This document shows positions 1-8,393 of a stretch of 64,000 nucleotides of DNA, one piece after another; within the stretch, counting starts at the first letter, position 1, and every line of letters starts with the position of its first letter. The stretch spans positions 2,331 through 66,330 of the forward strand of contig CANKIK010000007.1 in assembly GCA_947481985.1 (NCBI GenBank). Direction: 5' to 3'. The position numbers and the translations under genes are program-made. The notes below the pieces were generated by a model that was given only the letters and a program-made list of their open reading frames with translations, was not told the origin of the DNA and ran no database searches. The DNA is from Planctomycetaceae bacterium. Its GTDB lineage: Bacteria; Planctomycetota; Planctomycetia; Pirellulales; UBA1268.

Positions 1-11
1 AATGGGGACAG

Positions 12-1019
12 TCAGCCGCGGCCCTTGAAGAACTTCCGTCCCAGCGACTGCTGGTACTGCGTCCAACCGCCGTCGATCGCCGCCTCGTTTTGCATCAACT
101 GCAGGATTCCTGCCAGTTTGGCGTCCATGTGATCGAGGTGGTGCAGCGCCAGCGCCTCAAGCGTCATGGGCAACTTCGGGGCGCCGAACTCGTACTGTCC
201 GTGGTGGCTTGCCACCATGTGCTTGATTCTGACCACCAACTCATCCTCGATGGGGCGACCGATGCGGGCCTCCACCTGCTCTCGTTTCTTTTCCACGATC
301 TCGAGCCCGAGGAGCACATGACCGAGCAACTGGCCAGCATCGGTGTACGAGAAGCCCCGCTCGCTCTCCAGTTCGATCGTCTTGCCGATGTCGTGGAACA
401 GCACTCCCACCAGCAGCAAGTCGCGGTCGATGGCGGGGTAGAGGGGGGCCACGCAATGCGCCAATCGGAGGAGATTGACGACATGCTCGAGCAATCCGCC
501 GGCGTGAGCATGGTGGTGTTTGACCCCCGCGGGGCTGCGACAGAAGGCCGTCATCAGTTCGCCGTCGGCCAGCGTCTCGTCGCACAGTTCGCGGAGCGGA
601 CCGGGGGGAATCGTCCCCAGTAATTCTGCCAACTCGCCGCGGAGCCGGGCGACATCGGCAGCCGAGAGCACCTGAAACTCACGCTCGTCGATGCCCCGCG
701 GATCGACCCGACCGATCCCCTGAATGATGATCTGGAGATTGCCTGAGAAGAGTTGCGTCATCCCTTCGACACGGACGTAGTCGCCGTCATCAAAGGCCTC
801 GAATTCGGCATCGGAGGCGTTCCACATCCGTCCCGTGATCGCCCCACTGCGATCGGCCAGCTCGACCTGCAGATAGAGCTGCCCGTTGCGGTTGGGGCGG
901 AGCTGTTTGTGCGTTGCCAGAAACACCTGCTCGACCGCCGTCTGGGGGGAGAGTTCGGTGACGCAGCGGCGCGGGGAGGAGGGTCGGCCCGCTCGGCTGG
1001 GAGGATCGGCTGGCGGCAT
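12..1019 (-). CDS. YhaM/CBF1-like 3'-5' exoribonuclease (OB-fold + HD domain)
   Basis: N-terminal OB-fold-like segment (YLQVELADRSGAITGRMWN), then HD-domain motifs HHHAHAGGLLEH, HDIGK, SHHG, HHLDHMD. Start re-chosen at ATG 1019 (ORF extends to 1103). Confidence 0.85.
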   Translation of the reverse strand: MPPADPPSRAGRPSSPRRCVTELSPQTAVEQVFLATHKQLRPNRNGQLYLQVELADRSGAITGRMWNASDAEFEAFDDGDYVRVEGMTQLFSGNLQIIIQGIGRVDPRGIDEREFQVLSAADVARLRGELAELLGTIPPGPLRELCDETLADGELMTAFCRSPAGVKHHHAHAGGLLEHVVNLLRLAHCVAPLYPAIDRDLLLVGVLFHDIGKTIELESERGFSYTDAGQLLGHVLLGLEIVEKKREQVEARIGRPIEDELVVRIKHMVASHHGQYEFGAPKLPMTLEALALHHLDHMDAKLAGILQLMQNEAAIDGGWTQYQQSLGRKFFKGRG

Positions 1020-1308
1020 GCGTGAACCGGGAAGGGCGTCGTCCGGAAAGGGGGCAGCGGCACAGGCGTCCCGCGCTCGGTGAGACCGCAGTCTACCATT
1101 CATGAACTGTATCCCGCTTGGAAAACATCAGGTTTTCTCCCCAGCGGCCTCCGCATGAATCCCGCCGCCGGTCCCACGCGGAGTTTGTCCACAGCCCGCC
1201 GGCCCCCGCTGCCCGCAATCGAGGCGCAAGGACTACAATCTCCCCTTCGCTGCTTTGCCCCTTCGCTCAACGCTCCCGCCACGCTGACAGCATTTCACGG
1301 AGACCCCC

Positions 1309-2826
1309 ATGCCCGACCACGCGATCTCGCCCACCCGCGCCGAAGACTACCCCGAGTGGTATCAGCAGGTGGTGAAGGCCGCCGACTTGGCTGAACAGTC
1401 GCCCGTCCGCGGCTGCATGGTGATCAAGCCCAATGGCTACGCCGTCTGGGAGCGGATGCAGGCAATCCTCGACCGGATGTTCAAGGACACCGGCCATCAA
1501 AACGCCTATTTCCCCCTCTTCATTCCCCTCTCCTACCTGGAGAAGGAGGCGCAGCACGTCGAAGGCTTCGCCAAGGAATGCGCTGTGGTCACGCACCACC
1601 GGCTGGAACTCTCCCCCGAAGGCAAGCTTGTGCCCACCGGGAAACTCGAAGAACCGCTCATCGTCCGACCGACAAGCGAGACGATCATTGGCGCCATGTT
1701 CGCCCGTTGGATCCAATCGTGGCGTGACCTCCCGCTGCTCATTAATCAGTGGGCCAATGTCGTCCGCTGGGAGATGAGGCCGCGGCTCTTCCTCCGCACG
1801 ACGGAATTCCTCTGGCAAGAGGGGCACACCGCCCACGCTACCCGCGAGGAAGCGGTGGAGGAGACGCTGCGAATGCTCGACGTCTACGCCACGTTTGCGG
1901 AGCGGGATCTCGCGATGCCGGTGATCCGTGGCCCCAAGCCGGCGGCGGAACGTTTTCCCGGTGCCGTCGACACCTTCTCCATCGAGGCCATGATGCAGGA
2001 CGGCAAGGCGCTCCAAGCCGGCACTTCGCACTTTCTGGGGCAGAATTTTGCCCGTGCACAGGAGATGAAGTTCGCCAGCCAATCGGGGACCGAGGAATAC
2101 TGCTGGACAACCTCGTGGGGGGTGTCGACGAGGCTGATCGGAGCCGTGATCATGACCCATGCCGACGACGACGGGCTCGTGCTCCCGCCGCGGATCGCCC
2201 CCACCCAGGTGGTCCTGCTGCCGATCCACCGGACCCCTGAAGAGAAGGAATCGGTGCTGGCCTGCTGCCGCTCGCTAGAGGCCGAACTGGCCGCGGCCAG
2301 GTTCGGTGGCGAGCCGATCCGTGCCCGCACCGACACCCGTGAAATCCGCGGCGGCGACAAGACTTGGCAGTACATCAAGCAGGGGGTGCCGCTGAGAGTG
2401 GAGATCGGACCGCGGGATCTCGCCGCCGGCTCCGTCAGTCTCACCCGCCGGGACCGCCCGCCCAAGGAACGCACCAGTCTGCCGATCGCCCGATTCGCTG
2501 CCGAAGCACCGCGGCTCCTCGAGGAGATCCAGCAGGGGCTCTTCGATCGGGCCCGTGCCTTTCGCGACCGGCGGAGCGTCCGTCTGGCGAGCCTGGACGC
2601 GGTGCGGGAATTCTTCAGCAGTGGCGACGCGAGCCAGGATGGAGTGACGGCAGGGGGGGGATTTGCCCATGTCCACGTGGCCGACGACCCAGCTGTGGCT
2701 GCGGCCCTCGACCCGCTCAAGATCACCGTCCGTTGCATCCCCATGGAAGGGCCGGACGAACCGGGGAGGTGCGTGGTCACCGGCCAAGAGGTGGCTCGGC
2801 CGAGCGTCCTGGCCAAGTCTTACTGA
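1309..2826 (+). CDS. proS: Proline--tRNA ligase, archaeal/eukaryote-like type
   Basis: YPEWYQQVV, VRGCMVIKP, RPTSET, QWANVVRWE, FLWQEGHT, QAGTSHFLGQNF, SWGVSTR; C-terminal ..AKSY; no INS editing domain. Confidence 0.97.
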   Translation: MPDHAISPTRAEDYPEWYQQVVKAADLAEQSPVRGCMVIKPNGYAVWERMQAILDRMFKDTGHQNAYFPLFIPLSYLEKEAQHVEGFAKECAVVTHHRLELSPEGKLVPTGKLEEPLIVRPTSETIIGAMFARWIQSWRDLPLLINQWANVVRWEMRPRLFLRTTEFLWQEGHTAHATREEAVEETLRMLDVYATFAERDLAMPVIRGPKPAAERFPGAVDTFSIEAMMQDGKALQAGTSHFLGQNFARAQEMKFASQSGTEEYCWTTSWGVSTRLIGAVIMTHADDDGLVLPPRIAPTQVVLLPIHRTPEEKESVLACCRSLEAELAAARFGGEPIRARTDTREIRGGDKTWQYIKQGVPLRVEIGPRDLAAGSVSLTRRDRPPKERTSLPIARFAAEAPRLLEEIQQGLFDRARAFRDRRSVRLASLDAVREFFSSGDASQDGVTAGGGFAHVHVADDPAVAAALDPLKITVRCIPMEGPDEPGRCVVTGQEVARPSVLAKSY

Positions 2827-2926
2827 CAGTTCCCCGATGCCGGCAGGGGCTACAATCGATGGCTGGGGAGCCAGAGTTGCTCCAGCCGACATGACGATGG
2901 AGGCCGCTCAGACGGGCGGAATTGCG

Positions 2927-4114
2927 ATGCGGATGCCAGTCCCGAATGCTTGGCGCGTAGCCCTGTTCGCACTCTTGGTGGGAGGCACGCTGGGGGGCGG
3001 CTCGCGGGCGCTCACGGCGGCGCTGCGGCCTTGGCGACTCGGGGAGTTTGACCCAGCCAAGCCAGGGAACTCGGTGCCGCGGGTGGAGGCCCCCTCCACG
3101 CAGTATTCGTTCGGCACGATGGCCGAGGGAGCAGAGGAGACTCACGAGTTCATCATCGGCAACAGCGGTGAAGCCAACTTGACGATCACGCGCGGGGCGA
3201 CGTCATGCAGTTGCACCGTCAGCGATTTCGAAGATTCCGCCGGTGGCGATTCCGATGGCGAGAAGGCCGTCGCTCCCGGCGCAGCGGCACGGCTGCGGCT
3301 GCGCTGGCGGGGGAAACAGGGCGGACCGTTTCGGCAGCAGGCCACCGTGTTCACCAACGACCCGCGACGCCCAGAGATTGCTTTCGTCATCGAGGGAACA
3401 GTTGTTCCGGTCTGGAAGGCAGAGCCGAAGTCGATCGTCCTCACACGGATCTCCGCCAGCGGTGGCGAGCAGGCCTCGGCGCGGATCTTCACCTACGGCA
3501 AGGAGGCCCCGAGCGTCGACTCCGTCAGCAGTCCCGACTCCGAAAACTCCCAATTTGTCTCATTTACCACCGAGCCACTGCCTGCGGAGGAGGTGGCGAA
3601 GGAGGCGGGCGCCACGGGGGGCTTCACCCTCAACGTGGCGATTCTCCCCGGAGTGCCGATCGGCCCGCTGCGAAAGACCGTCAGCGTTGCCCTCCGAGTC
3701 CCTGAGGAGGTGACGGCGGAGGTGGTGGTCGAGGGAACGGTGACGGGTGATCTTGCCTTGGCGGGCCAGGGATGGGATTCCTCCCGTCAGGCACTGCAGT
3801 TGGGCACCGTGTCTGGCCGTGCCGGCCAGCACATCCAGTTGTTCATCACCGCCAAAGGTCCGCACCGCGACGCGGTCCGGCCCGTAGTCCGTGAAGTGGT
3901 GCCAGCGTCGATGCTCGTGGAGGTCGGTGAGAGTAAAGCGGTCGGCACCAGTGCTGTGGTGCGGATACCGCTGACGATCACCATCCCTGCCGGCAGCCCC
4001 CCGTGCAATCACATCGGCTCAAAACAGGCCCCGGCGGGCCGCATCATCCTCGATACAGGCCATCCCGATTCCCCCACGATGAGCATCCCGGTCTGCGTCA
4101 CCATCGGCCCTTGA
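2927..4114 (+). CDS. DUF1573 (Ig-like) domain exported protein
   Basis: Hydrophobic N-terminus, then FGTM..THEFIIGNSGEANLTI..TSCSCT and VFTNDP motifs typical of DUF1573. Start at ATG 2891, 2897 or 2927. Confidence 0.75.
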   Translation: MRMPVPNAWRVALFALLVGGTLGGGSRALTAALRPWRLGEFDPAKPGNSVPRVEAPSTQYSFGTMAEGAEETHEFIIGNSGEANLTITRGATSCSCTVSDFEDSAGGDSDGEKAVAPGAAARLRLRWRGKQGGPFRQQATVFTNDPRRPEIAFVIEGTVVPVWKAEPKSIVLTRISASGGEQASARIFTYGKEAPSVDSVSSPDSENSQFVSFTTEPLPAEEVAKEAGATGGFTLNVAILPGVPIGPLRKTVSVALRVPEEVTAEVVVEGTVTGDLALAGQGWDSSRQALQLGTVSGRAGQHIQLFITAKGPHRDAVRPVVREVVPASMLVEVGESKAVGTSAVVRIPLTITIPAGSPPCNHIGSKQAPAGRIILDTGHPDSPTMSIPVCVTIGP

Positions 4115-4165
4115 TTCGGCCGGGGACTCACGATTCGGGAATCCCCGTTCCCGGAAGCCACCGTC

Positions 4166-5806
4166 ATGCCCCAGCGTCGCTCTGTCAGCCTGCTCCCCCT
4201 CCTCCTCGCGATTCCCTTCCTCGCCGCCGTGCCAGCACGGGGTGACGATGGTGCGAGCCCCGCCACCGCCGCAACCACGGAGGGACCGCGGCCCGACCGT
4301 GGCCCGGGGGTGTCGGAAGAGACCGCCGCAATATTTCGTGGCAGAAACGGCGATCTGTTTCGCGACTGGGGGCGCCCCCGGGTGGCGCTGGTGTTCACCG
4401 GGGAACTCGACGGCTACATCGAGCCCTGCGGCTGCACTGGCAAGGAGAACCAGAAGGGTGGCCTGAGCCGGCGGCGGAACTTCTTCCAGGCCATGACATC
4501 CGCCGATTGGCCGATCGTGCCGATCGACCTAGGGGGGCAAGTCCGCCGCTTCGGTCGTCAGACAGAGATCAAATTCAATTCCATCGCCGATGGGCTCAAG
4601 ACGATGAAGTACGCCGGCATTGGCTTCGGGCCACACGACCTCCGCCTTCCCACCGAGGGCATCGTGGCTGCTGTGTCCTCCGTCGGCGACCAGCCAACAC
4701 CGTTCACCTCCGCCAATGTCGGACTCCTCGGGCTCGATACCGGGATCGTCCCCCGCTTCCAGATCGTCGAGGCCGGGGGCCTGCGGATCGGCATTGTCGC
4801 TGTCCTCGGCGACGAAGAGGCCAGCCAGGTCCGCAATGACCTCATCGAGGTCGCACCCGCGGCTGAGGCCATCGTGGAACCGGCTGCTGCCCTCGCCAAG
4901 GCCGACTGCGATCACCAGGTACTCCTGTCGTGGGCCGCTCCGGAGGAGACCGCCCGCCTCGCCGCCCTCTACCCGCAATTCGATCTCGTGGTGACTGCCG
5001 GGGGCGCCGAGGAACCGCCTGCGCAGCCGCGGAGTCTTCCGGTGCCAACCGCCACCACGGGCACTCCCCATTCCCCGAGGTACCTTCTCGAACTGGGACA
5101 CAAAGGGATGTTTGCGGTGGTGGTGGGGCTGTTCGATGACGATCTCGAACCGATGCGTTCGCAGCGGGTACCTCTGGATGCACGCTGGGGAGAGGCAGAC
5201 GACATGATTCGCCTCCTCGCCGACTATCAGGGGCAGTTGGAGACCCTGGGTCTGACTGGCCTGGGACTGGCGCCGTCGCGGCACCCCAGCGGCAGGCGGT
5301 TTGCAGGCAGCGCCGCCTGCGCCGATTGCCATGCATCATCGCATGAGGTGTGGGCCGATTCCGGGCACGCCAAGGCCCTGACGACGCTCGAAACACAGTC
5401 GCCCCGTCGCGACGGTGATCCGGAGTGCCTGTCGTGTCATGTCGTCGGCTGGGCGCCGCAGAAGTATCAGCCATTTGACGGGGGATTCATGGGGATCAAG
5501 GCCACGCCGCAACTCGCCCAACAAGGCTGCGAGAACTGTCACGGCCCAGCGGCTACCCATGCTTCGGCGGAGCGGGGCGATGTGCGGGTGCCGACTGCCG
5601 AGCGCGACCGCCTCCGGGCCGACATCCGCCTCTCGATCGACACCCCTCAAGGTCGGCAGAAGGTGATCAACAACTGCATGGAATGCCACGATCTGGATAA
5701 CAGCCCGCAGTTCGATTTCGACACCTACTGGCCGCAGGTGGAACACTCTGAGCAGCCGGGAGCGGCAGCCGCAGCCGCGGGCAAAACGCCCCCGCAGAGC
5801 CGGTGA
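4166..5806 (+). CDS. Exported multiheme c-type cytochrome (c554-like, 4 CxxCH) with N-terminal UshA/5'-nucleotidase-like domain
   Basis: Signal peptide; YIEPCGC..GGLSRR; heme motifs CADCH, CLSCH, CENCH, CMECH. Confidence 0.85.
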   Translation: MPQRRSVSLLPLLLAIPFLAAVPARGDDGASPATAATTEGPRPDRGPGVSEETAAIFRGRNGDLFRDWGRPRVALVFTGELDGYIEPCGCTGKENQKGGLSRRRNFFQAMTSADWPIVPIDLGGQVRRFGRQTEIKFNSIADGLKTMKYAGIGFGPHDLRLPTEGIVAAVSSVGDQPTPFTSANVGLLGLDTGIVPRFQIVEAGGLRIGIVAVLGDEEASQVRNDLIEVAPAAEAIVEPAAALAKADCDHQVLLSWAAPEETARLAALYPQFDLVVTAGGAEEPPAQPRSLPVPTATTGTPHSPRYLLELGHKGMFAVVVGLFDDDLEPMRSQRVPLDARWGEADDMIRLLADYQGQLETLGLTGLGLAPSRHPSGRRFAGSAACADCHASSHEVWADSGHAKALTTLETQSPRRDGDPECLSCHVVGWAPQKYQPFDGGFMGIKATPQLAQQGCENCHGPAATHASAERGDVRVPTAERDRLRADIRLSIDTPQGRQKVINNCMECHDLDNSPQFDFDTYWPQVEHSEQPGAAAAAAGKTPPQSR

Positions 5807-5885
5807 CGCCAGGAAAACTGCGCTCCGCGAAGCAACCGACGGGAGGCGAGAGCCGAAGGCCATGCGAGATGGTCCGGCACGCTCC

Positions 5886-6635
5886 TCAACCGAGTTGGGC
5901 CATCGCCTCGTCGGGGATGTTGAAGTTTGCGGACACGCTCTGGACATCGTCGTGGTCGTCGAGTCGCTCCATCAAGGCGAGCACCTTGCGGGCTGTGTCC
6001 ACGTCCTCGACGTCGACTGAATTGGTCGGAATACGGACGATTTCGTTCGATTCAACCGTCATTCCCGCCCCCTGCAACGCAGTCATCACCCCCACCATCG
6101 CAGACGGTTCGCAGATCACCTCCCAGCGGTCGCCGGCGGGCTTGACATCATCTGCGCCCGCCTCGAGAGCGACCTCCATCAGCCGATCCTCCGGGCAGGA
6201 AGCCAAGGGAAGACGAATCGCGCCCTTACGCTGGAAGAGGTAGGCCACGCAACCGGTGGCTCCCAGTTTGCCGTCACACATCTCGAAGATCTTGCGGATC
6301 TCAGGGGCAGTCCGGTTCTTGTTGTCGGTGAGGATCTCGCACAGCACCGCCACGCCCCCGGAGGCATAGCCCTCGTACATCGATTCTTCGAGGTTTCCCC
6401 CCTTGAGTTCCCCGATACCTGTTCGGATCGCCCGCTGGATGTTGTCCTTGGGCATGCTCACCGCCTTGGCGGCGTCGATCGCGTAACGGAGACGGAGGTT
6501 GGCGTCTGGGTCGGGGCCGCCATGCTTGGCAGCCACAATGATCGCCTTCGCCAACTTGCTCCACAACTTGCCACGTTTGGCGTCGATCAACGACTTCTTG
6601 CGGGAGATGTTGGCCCAATGGGAATGGCCTGCCAC
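5886..6635 (-). CDS. yebC: YebC/PmpR family protein
   Basis: GTG start gives MAGHSHWANI..K...DAKRGK; MPKDNI, YEGY, TDNKNRT, DHDDVQSV. Confidence 0.95.
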   Translation of the reverse strand: MAGHSHWANISRKKSLIDAKRGKLWSKLAKAIIVAAKHGGPDPDANLRLRYAIDAAKAVSMPKDNIQRAIRTGIGELKGGNLEESMYEGYASGGVAVLCEILTDNKNRTAPEIRKIFEMCDGKLGATGCVAYLFQRKGAIRLPLASCPEDRLMEVALEAGADDVKPAGDRWEVICEPSAMVGVMTALQGAGMTVESNEIVRIPTNSVDVEDVDTARKVLALMERLDDHDDVQSVSANFNIPDEAMAQLG

Positions 6636-6696
6636 CGTGTGCTCCGATGATTGGGCGTGACGTGGGGAGGATCCTTGGATGCTCGAAAACGGTGGG

Positions 6697-7977
6697 CTAC
6701 CTCGGCTTGCGGCGCGACAGATCGTCGGAGGGACGATCACCAGCCACCGGCTTTGGACCGGCAGCGGCCGAACGGGGCGGCAACTCACGTTTGCCCTTGG
6801 CTGATCCCCCAGTCGGCTTCGCGATCGGGGGCTTCGGGATCGGGGGCTTCGCAGGGGGTGCCTTCCGGCTACCGGCACCTCCATCTGCAGCGGGTGTGAC
6901 GGCAACTGTCCCCCCCTTGGGCGGCGGCAGGACCGATTTGGCGGCCGCCTTGGGAGCAGCAGGCTTTTTCGCTACCTCCCCCTTTTTGGCCATGACCGGG
7001 GCCGGTGCAACCGGCTCAGGAGGTTTGACGGCCGGGGGCCGCCCCACATTCGGCTTGACCACGAAAGGCTTCGGCCCGGGCTTACTTCCCGCCACGGGTG
7101 TCCCGTCGGCCGCCCGTTTCGGGCCGGATCCAGGCGGCGGCATGGGAGTCTTTCCAGCCGGCCTCGCAGCGGCCTGAGGCCCTGCGGGGCGATGCTCCTC
7201 AGCCGCTGTTTTGGCAGCCTCAGCGGCACGCAGGGAATCCTTGCTGACTGCCGCTGGCGGAGGGTTTGGCCGCGGCAACGGCTCACCGCGCTTCGGCAAA
7301 CGTTTCGCGTCGGGGTTGGTCGCCTGCAGGACCTTCTTGACGCCCGAGCCATGGAGATTGGCAAGAACATCGACGCCGAACTGGTGCAGCAACGAACCAA
7401 ATTCGAGGCTGGCCTTCTTGGGGATGAAGCGTTCGAGGCCGGGGGACTTATCCGCGTCATACTCCTCCTGGGAGATAATGCCCACGAGAAACAATCCCTG
7501 CATCGCTCCCATGTCGAGAGGGATGAAATGCCCTCCCAGACTCGTCGATCCAATGAACGCCACCACGAACGGAGGGATGCCGTGGATGTGTTCGAGGATC
7601 TTCATGCCGTGCGCGATTGAGTGCTTTTTGGCGTTCTCAAGCGAGAAACTGTAGGTCGACTCGAAGACCCCCTGCAGCACGCGGCGCAGCGCCAATGCCG
7701 CCCGGGAAGGATCGGGAAGATCGTGGAGCGTCTCGGCCAGTTCGGCCACGGTCGTGACCCGCACCTCGTTGAGGTCGAAGTAACTCTCCCCGAGCCGCTT
7801 CATCGATTGGGCAGCGACGTCGTAGGGGGTGTTCTCGAGGCAGCAGGCATACAACACCTGCTCCAGCAGGGGCCGCTGATTGTCGTGATCGACGGGCTTG
7901 TACGTGGCCCGCAGGGCCTTGTGCAGCTTGGCCACAAGCTGCTGCCTGTTGGGCTGCTGTCGGTTCGGTGTAGTCAT
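6697..7977 (-). CDS. Hypothetical protein: HhH-GPD/endonuclease III-like N-terminal domain + Pro/Lys/Ala-rich basic tail
   Basis: FDLNEVRVTTVAELAE and LEHIHGIPPFVV..IPLD resemble an HhH-GPD core; the C-terminal ~190 aa is low-complexity P/K/A; ATGA overlap with the rbfA stop. Confidence 0.65.
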   Translation of the reverse strand: MTTPNRQQPNRQQLVAKLHKALRATYKPVDHDNQRPLLEQVLYACCLENTPYDVAAQSMKRLGESYFDLNEVRVTTVAELAETLHDLPDPSRAALALRRVLQGVFESTYSFSLENAKKHSIAHGMKILEHIHGIPPFVVAFIGSTSLGGHFIPLDMGAMQGLFLVGIISQEEYDADKSPGLERFIPKKASLEFGSLLHQFGVDVLANLHGSGVKKVLQATNPDAKRLPKRGEPLPRPNPPPAAVSKDSLRAAEAAKTAAEEHRPAGPQAAARPAGKTPMPPPGSGPKRAADGTPVAGSKPGPKPFVVKPNVGRPPAVKPPEPVAPAPVMAKKGEVAKKPAAPKAAAKSVLPPPKGGTVAVTPAADGGAGSRKAPPAKPPIPKPPIAKPTGGSAKGKRELPPRSAAAGPKPVAGDRPSDDLSRRKPR

Positions 7978-8393
7978 GCCTCTTCCTGTGAATCCTCGCC
8001 CTGCACATCCCCCGAGGGGGCCTGTTCGACGGCATCCGCCGCCTCCGGTTCCCGAGGCAACACCTCGGCAAGCATGCGGGCAATCTCGATCGACTTCTTC
8101 ACGCCTCCGTCGAGCTCGAACTTCAGGCGGGGGGTGTAGCGGGTCTCGATCCGGTCGGCGATCTGCGCCTGGAGGAAACCGGCGGAGTTTGCCAGACCAC
8201 GCAGCGCCAGCGTCTGCTTCGCCTCATCACCCATCACGGAGACGCGGATGGTGGCGCCGCGCATGTCGGCGTCCATCTCGACGCCAGTCACGGTGACGTT
8301 ACGAACGCGTGGATCACGGACCTGCGTGAGGATGGCCATGCTCACCACCTCCCTCACCGCTTCCGCAGCCTTCAATTGACGGCGCGTGGTCAC
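7974..8393 (-). CDS. rbfA: 30S ribosome-binding factor A
   Basis: RRQLKAAEAVREVVS, VRDPRV, TVTGVEM..D, RYTPRLKFELD; GTG start overlaps the infB stop (GTGA). Confidence 0.95.
   Translation of the reverse strand: MTTRRQLKAAEAVREVVSMAILTQVRDPRVRNVTVTGVEMDADMRGATIRVSVMGDEAKQTLALRGLANSAGFLQAQIADRIETRYTPRLKFELDGGVKKSIEIARMLAEVLPREPEAADAVEQAPSGDVQGEDSQEEA

Noticed and set aside
1234-2856. TACAAT hexamers upstream of proS (1234-1239) and the DUF1573 gene (2851-2856)
   Set aside because: Plausible -10 elements, but with no convincing -35 or extended TG, so they are not reported as features.
4424-4435. Possible selenocysteine recoding at the PCGC motif
   Set aside because: Both Cys codons are TGC and the ORF has no in-frame TGA.
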